In this document: positions 26,481-35,333 of the stretch, piece by piece | Numbering within the stretch: position 1 is the stretch's first letter | Layout of the letters: every line of letters starts with the position of its first letter | Assembly (NCBI GenBank): GCA_040902665.1 | Contig: JBBDWX010000041.1 | Span: 1-49,426 of the forward strand | Direction: 5' to 3' | DNA length: 49,426 bases | Source of the DNA: Dongiaceae bacterium | GTDB taxonomy: Bacteria; Pseudomonadota; Alphaproteobacteria; Dongiales; Dongiaceae | Program-made: the position numbers and the translations under genes | Notes under the pieces: generated by a model | What the model saw: only the letters and a program-made list of their open reading frames with translations | Told to the model about the DNA's origin: nothing | Databases searched by the model: none

Positions 26481-26786
26481 TCAGCGCGTGCGGTCAGATC
26501 CGCCACCCTGACGGCCGACCGGATCGGTGCAGAATACGATGTCAGCCTGGCTGATGACGCCGTCGGCCTCCATCAGGGCGCGCGTTCCCGGGTCGGTGAT
26601 GACCGTCTTGAATCGCTCAAGATCATTGAACCGGAAATTGAGAATGACGTCGTTCGGGTCGTCGAGTGTCTGGCGTATGTTTATGCCCATGACACCGATC
26701 TGGCGCATCTGCGGCTCGCGCGCGATGAAACTGGCGAACCACGTTTTGTAGTCGCGCACTTTGTAGCGGATCACGGCGGTCGGCAT
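26481..26786 (-). CDS. Small conserved-looking hypothetical protein (alpha+beta, Dabb-like guess)
   Basis: 101-aa ORF whose stop abuts the alkA-like start. Good third-position G/C bias. No motif I can name. Confidence 0.45.
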   Translation of the reverse strand: MPTAVIRYKVRDYKTWFASFIAREPQMRQIGVMGINIRQTLDDPNDVILNFRFNDLERFKTVITDPGTRALMEADGVISQADIVFCTDPVGRQGGGSDRTR

Positions 26787-26926
26787 GTCGGTCGGTGCTC
26801 CATATTCGGGGCCGGGGATTGGATGAGCACAGCATAGCGCCTCCGCAACGGTCAGGCGAGCGCAGGCGGCACGACAACGATGCCCGGTTTGACAAGCGCC
26901 CGCGGTGGCGCCATCGCTTTCGTGGC

Positions 26927-27778
26927 ATGATCGTCACGCGCTTTGCCCCGAGCCCCACCGGCTATCTTCATCTCGGCCATGCGGCCTCCGCCCTGGTCGG
27001 CTTCGAGGCCGCACGCACCGCAGGCGACGACGGCCGGTTTCTGCTGCGAATCGAGGATATCGATCGGGCACGCTGCCGCCCCGAATTCGAGGCGGCGATT
27101 TTCGAGGACCTGGCCTGGCTGGGGCTCGACTGGGAGCGCCCGGTGCGCCGCCAGTCCGACCATATGGCCGATTATCGCACAGCCCTCGACCGGCTCGATG
27201 CGATGGGCCTGCTCTACCCCTGCTTCTGCACCCGTAAGGACATCGCGGACGCCGTATCGGCGCCACATCTGTTACGGCTGGGTCCGGAAGGACCCGTTTA
27301 TCCCGGCACGTGCCGGGATCTGGGTGCCGCCGAGCGCAAGGACCGGGTAGCCACCGGTCAACCCTTTGCGATGCGGCTGGATGTCGATAAGGCTGCCCGA
27401 CTGGCGGGCACTCTGAAATGGCAGGAAAAAGATGAGGGGCCGGTTCCCGTCGATCCGCTGCTCTTCGGCGATGTGGTGCTGGCGCGCAAGGATGTGCCAA
27501 CCAGCTATCACCTCTCGGTTACCGTCGACGATGCCCGGCAACAGGTTACGCTGGTAACCAGGGGCCGCGACCTTTTTGCCGCAACCCATGTTCATCGATT
27601 GCTGCAGGCGCTTCTGGACTTGCCGGCACCGCTTTATCATCATCACGCGCTGATCGTTGATTCCACCGGTCAGCGACTGGCGAAACGGCACGATGCGATG
27701 GCCATTCGGGCCCTGCGTGCCGCGGGCGAGACCCCGGCATCGGTCCGGGCAACGATCGCGGCGTCGGTCTGGCGTTGA
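26927..27778 (+). CDS. gluQ: tRNA glutamyl-Q(34) synthetase (GluQRS)
   Basis: Start at ATG 26927. TRFAPSPTGYLHLGHA (HIGH-type motif), LLRIEDID, and a 283-aa size that lacks an anticodon-binding domain. Confidence 0.85.
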   Translation: MIVTRFAPSPTGYLHLGHAASALVGFEAARTAGDDGRFLLRIEDIDRARCRPEFEAAIFEDLAWLGLDWERPVRRQSDHMADYRTALDRLDAMGLLYPCFCTRKDIADAVSAPHLLRLGPEGPVYPGTCRDLGAAERKDRVATGQPFAMRLDVDKAARLAGTLKWQEKDEGPVPVDPLLFGDVVLARKDVPTSYHLSVTVDDARQQVTLVTRGRDLFAATHVHRLLQALLDLPAPLYHHHALIVDSTGQRLAKRHDAMAIRALRAAGETPASVRATIAASVWR

Positions 27779-27833
27779 ACGAGAAAATTCTCTAAACCTT
27801 TCCGCTGCCTTTCAGGATCCGGCCACAGCCCAG

Positions 27834-28523
27834 ATGTTTACCGTCGGCGAACTCAGCGCCCTGCTCCAGGTTATCATGGTCGACCTCGTGTTGGCGGGAG
27901 ACAACGCTATTGTCGTCGGCATGGTCGCCGCCAGCGTGCCGCGCGAGCAGCGCGCGAAGGTGCTGGCGTTCGGCATCATCGGCGCCACCGTCCTGCGTGT
28001 CGCGTTCGCACTGATCACAACCCAATTGTTGGCGATCATCGGCCTGATGCTGGCCGGCGGCATCCTTTTGCTTTGGGTGTCGTGGAAGCTCTGGCGCGAT
28101 ATCGAGGAGCAGCGCCGCGAGCGGAAAATGCTGCGCGACGCCGAGGCCGCAACTGCCGCCGCACAGGCAAACGGCATCGTGGACCTCGCAAGCGCCCCCG
28201 ATCCGATCGAACCGAAGCCGCTCAGAAAAGCGGTCGTCCAGATCATCATTGCAGACGTCTCGATGTCGCTCGACAACGTACTGGCGGTGGCCGGTATCGC
28301 GCGCGAACACGAGTGGGTGTTGATCTTCGGGCTGGCGCTTTCGATCGCCTTCATGGCGGTCGCTGCGACCGTCATCGCGCGACTGCTCAAGAAACATCAC
28401 TGGCTCGCCTATGTCGGTCTCGTGGTGATCTTCTATGTCGCCTGCGCCATGATCTGGGACGGATCGGTCGATGTGATGAACAAGACCGAGATCGACGAAT
28501 TCATTTTGCAAGAGCCGGAATGA
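27834..28523 (+). CDS. TerC family integral membrane protein
   Basis: Start at ATG 27834. LAGDNAIVVG and MSLDNVLAVAG are the duplicated TerC motifs. Confidence 0.8.
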   Translation: MFTVGELSALLQVIMVDLVLAGDNAIVVGMVAASVPREQRAKVLAFGIIGATVLRVAFALITTQLLAIIGLMLAGGILLLWVSWKLWRDIEEQRRERKMLRDAEAATAAAQANGIVDLASAPDPIEPKPLRKAVVQIIIADVSMSLDNVLAVAGIAREHEWVLIFGLALSIAFMAVAATVIARLLKKHHWLAYVGLVVIFYVACAMIWDGSVDVMNKTEIDEFILQEPE

Positions 28524-28526
28524 ACA

Positions 28527-29372
28527 TCACCGTCTGAGGCCGCGCACGATCTCGACATAATCCGGATCGTCCGGCGCCAGATAGCCGTGACGAACCAGAA
28601 AGTCGATATTGACAAGCGCGACATTGAACTTGAAATCGTCGGAGCGCGCCAAACGATCGACGACTTTCGCGATCGGCCAGCATTGAAACTCATCGATTTC
28701 TCCGTCGGTGTTTCGGGGAACGAAGCCCGCCGGCAGATCGAGGTCGAAATTGAACAGCAGATCGTTGCGAATCCCCTCTTCGGTTTCGATCAGATACGAG
28801 CAGAAACCGGCCGGCCGCGCCTTTCGGACAAGCGACTCCGGCATGTCCGCCTCTTCCTGTCCCTCTTTGATCAGGGTGTCGAGCAGCCCGAAACCGGAAG
28901 GTCGACCGCCCGCAACGAGATTGTCGAGTTTGCCGGGTGCCACCGATTTGTCGCGCGCCCGACGACCGACCCAGAGCTTCAAGGCATCGCCCCGTCCGAC
29001 ATAACCGTTGAGATGCACGCTATAGGCCCGCGTACCGAAATGCGGTACCGCACCTCGATCGAGCGCCAGTAAGGGCAGCGACAGGGCCGAGCACGCGACC
29101 GGAAACGTCTCGCCGCGCAGCTTGCGGATCATGCCGATTGCCGCCAGATCCTTACAGACTTCGGCAACGGCGCGGGTGCGCGCTTCACAGATCGTGAGAT
29201 CTCCGTGCAATGAAACCTCGTGATCGGCGACGGCAAAAGTACCGGAGTAGTTGCGTAATGCCTCCGCAAAGGGATGCCGGATCCAGCCCAGCGTCTTGCC
29301 GTCGATGCGGAACGGCCGCAGACGCGAAAAGTCCGGCGGACAAAACAGGCGAACACGATCGATCAGTGCCAT
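28527..29372 (-). CDS. NUDIX-fold protein with N-terminal DUF4743-like domain (paralog A; Nudix box partly degenerate)
   Basis: 281 aa. GKLDNLVAGGRPSGFGLLDTLIKEGQEEADMP. Colinear with the gene upstream. Confidence 0.75.
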   Translation of the reverse strand: MALIDRVRLFCPPDFSRLRPFRIDGKTLGWIRHPFAEALRNYSGTFAVADHEVSLHGDLTICEARTRAVAEVCKDLAAIGMIRKLRGETFPVACSALSLPLLALDRGAVPHFGTRAYSVHLNGYVGRGDALKLWVGRRARDKSVAPGKLDNLVAGGRPSGFGLLDTLIKEGQEEADMPESLVRKARPAGFCSYLIETEEGIRNDLLFNFDLDLPAGFVPRNTDGEIDEFQCWPIAKVVDRLARSDDFKFNVALVNIDFLVRHGYLAPDDPDYVEIVRGLRR

Positions 29373-29384
29373 CGGATGCCCCCT

Positions 29385-30230
29385 TCAGCGCCGCAACCCG
29401 CGGCCAATCTCGACATAGTCGGGATCGTCCGGCCCGATGAAGCCATGCCGCATGAGGAAGTCGATCACGATCAGTGCCGAATCGAATACGAAATCGTCGC
29501 TGCGTGCGAGCTGATCGATCACGCGTGCAACCGGCCAAAGCTCGAACCAGTCGACCTCACCGTCGGCCGCGACCGGCATGAAATCTTCCGGCAAGGCGAG
29601 GTCGTAGGCGAAGATCATGCCGTTATCGATGCCTTCGACAGTCTCGGTCAGAAACGAGACGTAGCCCGCCGGCCGCGCCAGCTCCGCCAGATATGCGGGA
29701 ATGCCCGCCTCCTCGCCGCATTCCTTGACCAGATTTTCGAACAGGCCAAGGCCGATCGGCTGACCGCCGGCTGCGATTTGATCGAGCTTGCCGGGCCATG
29801 TCGCCTTGTCGGCGGCACGGCGGGCGACCCAGATCTTCATGTCTTCTCTGCTGCCGACATAGCCGTTGCAGTGAACGCCATAGGATCGAATTCCGAACCG
29901 CGTCGCAGCACCGCGATCGATTGCCAGCAGCGGCGGTTCGTGGAAGGCGCGCCCGACTGCATAGGCTTCGCCGCGATAGCGCCGGATTGCTCCATCGGCA
30001 ACGAGGGCGCGTATCGCGCCATCGACCGCAAGGCTGCGTTTCTCGAAATCGTCGAGCCCTGCAGCAAGCCGAACCTCGTCTTCCGTCATCGCGAACAATT
30101 CCGGATAACCGGCGAGCCGATGTGCGAACTCATGCGAGATCCATCCGACGAGTTCCGAACCGACGCGCCAAGGTCGCACCCGCGAGAAATCGAGCGAGCG
30201 GACGTCACGAATACGATCGACCAATGCCAT
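29385..30230 (-). CDS. NUDIX-fold protein with N-terminal DUF4743-like domain (paralog B)
   Basis: Start at ATG 30230 (MALVDRIRD), 281 aa. GKLDQIAAGGQPIGLGLFENLVKECGEEAGIP (KExxEEAGI box). The longer track ORF to 31118 is antisense to neighbours. Confidence 0.75.
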   Translation of the reverse strand: MALVDRIRDVRSLDFSRVRPWRVGSELVGWISHEFAHRLAGYPELFAMTEDEVRLAAGLDDFEKRSLAVDGAIRALVADGAIRRYRGEAYAVGRAFHEPPLLAIDRGAATRFGIRSYGVHCNGYVGSREDMKIWVARRAADKATWPGKLDQIAAGGQPIGLGLFENLVKECGEEAGIPAYLAELARPAGYVSFLTETVEGIDNGMIFAYDLALPEDFMPVAADGEVDWFELWPVARVIDQLARSDDFVFDSALIVIDFLMRHGFIGPDDPDYVEIGRGLRR

Positions 30231-30237
30231 GGCAAGC

Positions 30238-30633
30238 TCAGCGCACCCGACGACGCGCAGAACTCGGCGTACGTTTGCGCGCGATGCTGCGCCGGCCCGC
30301 CGCAAGCGCAAGTTCGGCCCAGTGCAGAAATGCCCCGGGATCGGTTTCAGCGCCATCGGGCAACAACCAGTACGACATTTCGACTGACCGGTTCTTCCCT
30401 CGATAGACGAACGCCCGGCTGCCGGAGGCCATGAATTGAGGTTTCGCGTCGTCGTCGACCTTGAGCCAGATGCACCCATCGGCCTCGAGCGCAAAAATGA
30501 CACCATCGAGATAGAGCCCATGGCCGCCGAACATCGGCCGTGCCTCGACCGGACCCAGCGACATGGCGCGGCGCACAAACCGCGCGACGATGTCGGGCAG
30601 CTTCTTTGCGGCGGGGCAGCGGTTGAGTGGCAT
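30238..30633 (-). CDS. TfoX/Sxy N-terminal-domain family protein
   Basis: Start at ATG 30633 (MPLNRC), with SD GGAG 6 nt upstream. EARPMFGGHGLYLDGVIFALEADGCIWLKVDD is typical of TfoX_N. Confidence 0.7.
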   Translation of the reverse strand: MPLNRCPAAKKLPDIVARFVRRAMSLGPVEARPMFGGHGLYLDGVIFALEADGCIWLKVDDDAKPQFMASGSRAFVYRGKNRSVEMSYWLLPDGAETDPGAFLHWAELALAAGRRSIARKRTPSSARRRVR

Positions 30634-30761
30634 TCGGAACTCCAAACCGGGTAGGGCCAGGCCGTTGAAGCGACACGACAGCCACCTATCGGCGGCTCGA
30701 ACCGGGCCGTTCTGGTATAATCGCTATCGGCCGATTCGTCCCGGAGAACGTCCCCGGAGGA

Positions 30762-31442
30762 ATGTGGGTGCGCAGCCAACGGTTCCTGATTTTGCTGGTC
30801 GGGGCGATCCTCGCGGGTGCGGTGATCGCCTGGCTGGTCGGACGCTATCCGCAGACCCTCGACGATCGCGGCAACATCATACGCATCGTGGCGCTGCTTG
30901 GCTGGCTGTTCCTTGTCGGCGGCGCAGTCTGGGGCTTCGCCCGCGCACGGCCGGGCACGGCCCTCCGTAATCTGTTCATCTGGATTGCAATCGGCCTGGT
31001 TCTGGTCCTCGGCTATTCGCTGAAAGACCAGTTCATGGGGGCCCTCATGCCTTCGGCCGGCATTGGCGGTGCCGATGGAACGATCGAGTACCAACGTGCC
31101 AGCGACGGGCATTTTCATGTCGATGCCGATGTCGAGGGCGTATTGATCCGCTTTCTGGTCGATACCGGCGCCAGCGAAGTTGTACTCAGCCAGGCAGACG
31201 CGCAGCGACTGGGATTCGATACTGCAACGCTCGACTACACCCAGCGCTACAACACCGCGAACGGCATCGTCTGGGGGGCGCCGGTCCGGTTGCGCGAAGT
31301 CAGGCTCGGCGACATCGCCGTTCGGGATGTGCGAGCATCGGTCAATTCCGGCGAGATGGACGGATCCCTGCTCGGCATGAGTTTCCTCTCAAAGCTTTCC
31401 GGCTTTTCGGTCGAAGGCGACCGATTGATTCTCCGACCCTGA
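30762..31442 (+). CDS. Membrane-anchored retropepsin-like (clan AA, TIGR02281-type) aspartic protease
   Basis: Three N-terminal hydrophobic segments, then HFHVDADVEGVLIRFLVDTGASEVVLS (DTGA active site). Start could be GTG 30768. Confidence 0.75.
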   Translation: MWVRSQRFLILLVGAILAGAVIAWLVGRYPQTLDDRGNIIRIVALLGWLFLVGGAVWGFARARPGTALRNLFIWIAIGLVLVLGYSLKDQFMGALMPSAGIGGADGTIEYQRASDGHFHVDADVEGVLIRFLVDTGASEVVLSQADAQRLGFDTATLDYTQRYNTANGIVWGAPVRLREVRLGDIAVRDVRASVNSGEMDGSLLGMSFLSKLSGFSVEGDRLILRP

Positions 31443-31453
31443 AGGCGACAGGC

Positions 31454-32353
31454 ATGACCGATTACCCTTTCGAAACCGTCGACGTGTTCACTGATCGTCT
31501 GTTCGGCGGCAACCCGTTGGCCGTGGTGCTCGATGGGCGCGGTCTTTCCGATGCGCAGATGCAGGCGATCGCCCGCGAGTTCAATTTCTCCGAGACGACG
31601 TTCCTGTTGCCGCCAACCGATCCGGCCAACACCGCGCGGGTGCGGATATTCACGCCCGGCGTCGAGGTACCCTTCGCGGGCCATCCCAATGTCGGGACGG
31701 CCTTCGTGCTGCACCGGCTCGGTACGATCTTCGGCAAGGCAATCGCATCGCCGCTGCGGTTCGAGGAACAGGCGGGCCTCGTGCTGGTCGATGTCGAGCC
31801 GGACGGCCGGGCGACCGTCACCGCGCCGCAACGGCTGACGGTCGGAACGACGGTCCCGGCGGCAGTTGCAGCGCCGTGTCTGTCGCTCGAGCCGGCCGAC
31901 ATCGTGACGAGGCTGCACGCGCCGACTGTCGTATCGGTCGGGCTCCCGTTCCTTATGGTCGAGGTGAACAGCCGAGACGCCTTGGCGCGGGCGCGCATCG
32001 ACTCGCGCGCCTTTGCCGAGCATCTGCCGCTGGATATTGCTGCCGGCATCCACTTTTACTTCAAGGCCGCCGCCAACGACGAGGTCGATCTGCGTGCGCG
32101 GATGTTTTCGCCAATCGACGGCATCGGCGAAGACCCGGCAACCGGCAGCGCCAATGCGGGGCTAGTCGGGTTCCTTGCGGCATTGACACCGCAGGACGAT
32201 CTGACGTTGCGATTGCGCATCGCGCAGGGAGTCGAGATGGGCCGCGCAAGCCTGATCGATGCCGAGGCGATCAAGACCGCCGGCCGGATCGAACGGGTTC
32301 GAATCGGCGGCCGATCGGTGCCGGTCATGACCGGGAGGTTCCATGTTTCTTGA
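31454..32353 (+). CDS. PhzF family isomerase
   Basis: 299 aa. VDVFTDRLFGGNPLAVV...FNFSETTFL...PFAGHPNVGTA. Confidence 0.85.
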   Translation: MTDYPFETVDVFTDRLFGGNPLAVVLDGRGLSDAQMQAIAREFNFSETTFLLPPTDPANTARVRIFTPGVEVPFAGHPNVGTAFVLHRLGTIFGKAIASPLRFEEQAGLVLVDVEPDGRATVTAPQRLTVGTTVPAAVAAPCLSLEPADIVTRLHAPTVVSVGLPFLMVEVNSRDALARARIDSRAFAEHLPLDIAAGIHFYFKAAANDEVDLRARMFSPIDGIGEDPATGSANAGLVGFLAALTPQDDLTLRLRIAQGVEMGRASLIDAEAIKTAGRIERVRIGGRSVPVMTGRFHVS

Positions 32354-32885
32354 TGCGCCCGAGGTTCGCCGCGCACTGGCAATGGTCCTGCTGTTGGGCG
32401 CCGCGGCCTGTGGCGGTCAGGCGGCGAGTGTCGAAAACAGCACAGCGCCACAATTCTCCGCACTGCCCGCGCCCGCACCGCCGCCCTCACCCAACGCGCG
32501 CATGCAATGCGTACCCTACGCCCGGGCCTTTACCGGCATCTTCATTCGTGGCGATGCCTGGACCTGGTGGCACTCGGCCGGCGGGCTATACAGCCGCGGC
32601 AATGTGCCCGAGCCCTATTCCCTGCTGGTGCTGGCCAAGACCGACCGGCTCAGGAGCGGGCATCTTGCCGTCGTAACAGGCATCGAGGGGCCGCGCGAGA
32701 TTCGCGTCAGCCACGCGAACTGGCTCAACGACGAGCGCATCCTCGAACATGTACGCGTGCTCGACGTGTCGGAATCGAACGACTGGTCGGCATTGCGTTT
32801 CTGGAATCCCCAGACCGGCGATTTCGGAAAGGTCTATGAGGCCTATGGCTTCGTCTATCGAAATCCGGAGCCGGCCGGCGCCTGA
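32343..32885 (+). CDS. CHAP-domain (cysteine/histidine amidohydrolase) lipoprotein-like protein
   Basis: Signal peptide ending LLGAAAC. MQCVPYARAFTG (Cys) and SGHLAVVTG (His). Confidence 0.7.
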   Translation: MFLDAPEVRRALAMVLLLGAAACGGQAASVENSTAPQFSALPAPAPPPSPNARMQCVPYARAFTGIFIRGDAWTWWHSAGGLYSRGNVPEPYSLLVLAKTDRLRSGHLAVVTGIEGPREIRVSHANWLNDERILEHVRVLDVSESNDWSALRFWNPQTGDFGKVYEAYGFVYRNPEPAGA

Positions 32886-32978
32886 AACCGCATTGCACCG
32901 CGCTCGCTGGACAGGGATCGGCCGCGGGCGCTAGTTTCCTCGCCTGCCCGTCAATATTTGCTTCTGGGGAGACGTAAC

Positions 32979-34112
32979 ATGGCAACGGCAAAGCTGATCT
33001 ATCCCGCGTTCGACAAGCCTCTTTCCGAGGATGCGGAACGATCCTGGACGTTGCCGGCGCGTTATTATATCGACCCGGCCATATACGAGGCCGAGCGCGA
33101 AAAGATCTTCTTCAAGAGCTGGCAATATGTCGGCCACAAGAGCCAGCTCGCGAATCCCGGCGACTACGTCACCGGCTGCATTCTCGACCAGCCGGTGTTC
33201 GTCCTGCGCGACCGCTCGGGCGAACTCAAGGCCTATTACAATGTCTGCCTGCACCGGGCGCACGAACTGCTGAAGGATTCCGGCAGCCTGAGGGCGGCCG
33301 CCATCACCTGCCCCTATCATGCCTGGACCTATGATTTCGAGGGCACGCTTCGGGCGGCGCCGAACTGCAAGCATGTGAAGGACTTCAACGTCGAGGATTT
33401 CCGCCTCACGCCGATTCGCGTGGAGATGTTTGCCGGCTTCGTCTTCGTCAATCTCGACCCGGATGCGACACCGCTCAGGGATCAGGTCGGCTGGCTCGAA
33501 GCGGATATGCGCAAACACGTGCCCGGGTTCGACGATCTCAAATTCTACGGTCCGATGAGCTTCGGCAACGCACATACGAAGGCCAACTGGAAGGTCGTCG
33601 TCGATAACTATGTCGAGTGCTACCACTGCCCGAAGGCGCACCCGGACTTTGCCGACATGATCGAGATGACCGAATACAAAACCGACATTATCGGACCGGT
33701 ATCGCGTCAGCTCGGCCTCAATACCAAACCGAAGAACAGCGCGTATGAGTTTTCGCCCGATGCCCCGGTGACGCATGCGGCGTTCTGGTATCTCTGGCCG
33801 AACACCACGTTCAACATGCTGCCGGGCGAGACGCAGCTCACCGTCGCCGTCGTTCAGCCTTCGGGCGTCGAGGAATGCATGTTCTGGGCGCATGCCTACG
33901 GCCACAAGGCCGAACGCGATCCCGCGCGGGTCGCCTATGGACGCGACGTGCTCGGGCCGGAGGACACAAACCTGTGCGAATCCGTGCAACGGGGCTTGCA
34001 TTCGCGCACCTACAAGCAGGGCCGCATCATCGTCGATCCGGAGCGCAGCGGCATCGCCGAGCATGGCATTCACCATTTCCATCGCATGGTGAAACGCACG
34101 CTGGACAACTAG
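32979..34112 (+). CDS. Rieske [2Fe-2S] non-heme-iron oxygenase alpha subunit
   Basis: Start at ATG 32979. CLHRAHEL...CPYHAWTY Rieske motif. NYVECYHCPKAHPDF mononuclear-iron region. Confidence 0.85.
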   Translation: MATAKLIYPAFDKPLSEDAERSWTLPARYYIDPAIYEAEREKIFFKSWQYVGHKSQLANPGDYVTGCILDQPVFVLRDRSGELKAYYNVCLHRAHELLKDSGSLRAAAITCPYHAWTYDFEGTLRAAPNCKHVKDFNVEDFRLTPIRVEMFAGFVFVNLDPDATPLRDQVGWLEADMRKHVPGFDDLKFYGPMSFGNAHTKANWKVVVDNYVECYHCPKAHPDFADMIEMTEYKTDIIGPVSRQLGLNTKPKNSAYEFSPDAPVTHAAFWYLWPNTTFNMLPGETQLTVAVVQPSGVEECMFWAHAYGHKAERDPARVAYGRDVLGPEDTNLCESVQRGLHSRTYKQGRIIVDPERSGIAEHGIHHFHRMVKRTLDN

Positions 34113-34177
34113 CCGGCCGAGGGGCTGCGGTTTTTGTGTGCGGCAGCCGCTTCCGGTTCGCGAGCGCGGCGACGATT

Positions 34178-34585
34178 TCAGTCCGCCGTCGCCTTCTCTG
34201 CGGTCAGCACCGCAACGACACCTGGAATCTGGCGCAGACAACGCGCGAGATAATCGGTTTCGGCGGCATCGAGCCCGGCGACCTGCACATCGATCGCGAG
34301 CTCGTGGCTGTCCGCTCCGCATTGCCCGCCGCGATCGTCGCCAGCGGGGCCGCCCTCGCGCAGGCCGCGATGCCCGGTGAGGCGATCGGGCACCAGACTG
34401 CGCTTGGCGAAAAGACCCAGCACGCGCGGCAGAATGCCGGGATCGGCATCGGCCTGGACGGCAAAGCACGCGACACGGTTCAGCGGCACGAACGCCGATT
34501 TGCGGATCGAGGACAGCGGCGCCTCGGCCGCATACGGTGCCGGATAGACGGATAAGGGGTGGGCCGATAAGGGGCTGGCGGACAT
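34178..34585 (-). CDS. Hypothetical protein, ACT-like regulatory fold suspected
   Basis: 135 aa with good coding bias. FAVQADADPGILPRVLGLFAKRSLVP resembles ACT/AHAS small-subunit openings. SD GGGAG lies 6 nt upstream. Confidence 0.5.
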   Translation of the reverse strand: MSASPLSAHPLSVYPAPYAAEAPLSSIRKSAFVPLNRVACFAVQADADPGILPRVLGLFAKRSLVPDRLTGHRGLREGGPAGDDRGGQCGADSHELAIDVQVAGLDAAETDYLARCLRQIPGVVAVLTAEKATAD

Positions 34586-34590
34586 GAAAA

Positions 34591-34688
34591 AGCTCCCGAA
34601 CGAGAGGATTCCTGACGAAAAACGGGATAACCCCGGACGCTCTAGACGAGCGCCGGGCCGCTAATTCGAAGAATCCGCCTCGGGAGCT
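34591..34688 (-). promoter_or_regulatory. Structured 5' leader (unclassified) whose closing helix pairs with the RBS of 34178-34585
   Basis: RNA: AGCUCCCGA-GGC-GGAUUC...GAAUCC-UCUCGU-UCGGGAGCU. The outer helix is 9 + 6 bp. The inner hairpin is CCGGCGCUC-GUCUA-GAGCGUCCGG. The GGGAG SD lies in the 3' arm. Confidence 0.35.
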
Positions 34689-34702
34689 GATACATGGGTG
34701 AA

Positions 34703-34730
34703 ATGCTACGCTGATGCGCGGCAGGGTCAA
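34703..34730 (-). promoter_or_regulatory. Candidate sigma70-type promoter driving the structured leader
   Basis: On the minus strand: TTGACC (34730-34725), 16-nt spacer, TAGCAT (34708-34703). Confidence 0.35.
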
Positions 34731-34898
34731 GCAAGCGGCGGGCATCGGGACGCTATACGCAATCGCAGAGCGGATGCCGAACCGGAGCCGGCAACAAAGC
34801 GACCTGAGCGAGCCCCGATCGATACGAAAATTTCAGAAAGGCCGAACCGACCCCGGGGCTTGGACATTGTCGTGGGGCTCCGAAAGAAACCGATTCTC

Positions 34899-35333
34899 TC
34901 AGAACCCCGGAACATCCTCGTCATGGCCGATCAGCGGATGCGCGAGCCGCGCCCAGGGCAGACGCTGCGAAGTCCAGCCTTCGTCGGTCGGCGTGAACCG
35001 CGCCGGCTCGTCGAGCGATCCGATGGTGACGCCGTAGAGCGCGGGCGCGAGGCCGCCGGCCATCGCGACAGGCGAGCCGCAACGCGAACAGAAGAGGCGC
35101 CACGTTTCGGGCGAGGATTCGAAGCGCGCCGGCTCGCCCTTGATCCACGCGAATCCTTCGATCGGTACGCCAAGCCAGCCGACAAAGGCCGCGCCCGAGG
35201 CCTTGCGGCATTGCCAGCAATGGCAGATGTCGACGACGGTCGGCGCCGTCGAAATGCGATAACGCAGCGCGCCGCAAAGACAGGCACCTTCGATGGGGCC
35301 ACCTTCGATGGTCTTGAAATTCGCGGCGCTCAC
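34899..35333 (-). CDS. GFA (glutathione-dependent formaldehyde-activating / CENP-V-like) zinc-binding family protein
   Basis: 144 aa. CLCGALRY...CHCWQCRKASGAAF...CSRCGSP Cys pattern. GTG start overlaps the ecm stop (GTGA). Confidence 0.8.
   Translation of the reverse strand: MSAANFKTIEGGPIEGACLCGALRYRISTAPTVVDICHCWQCRKASGAAFVGWLGVPIEGFAWIKGEPARFESSPETWRLFCSRCGSPVAMAGGLAPALYGVTIGSLDEPARFTPTDEGWTSQRLPWARLAHPLIGHDEDVPGF

Noticed and set aside
27779-27833. Possible yybP-ykoY (Mn) riboswitch upstream of the TerC-family gene
   Set aside because: Only 55 nt separate gluQ from the TerC start, which is too short for that element. No conserved motif was seen.
30231-31118. N-terminal extension of ORF 29385-31118 (577 aa)
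   Set aside because: It overlaps the TfoX gene and is antisense to the aspartic protease gene. The paralog alignment shows the real protein starts at MALVDRIRD (30230).
32931-34745. 604-aa ORF on the minus strand
   Set aside because: It is antisense to the Rieske oxygenase, which has intact Rieske and iron motifs. It also runs through an intergenic region and has an Arg-rich, motif-free translation.
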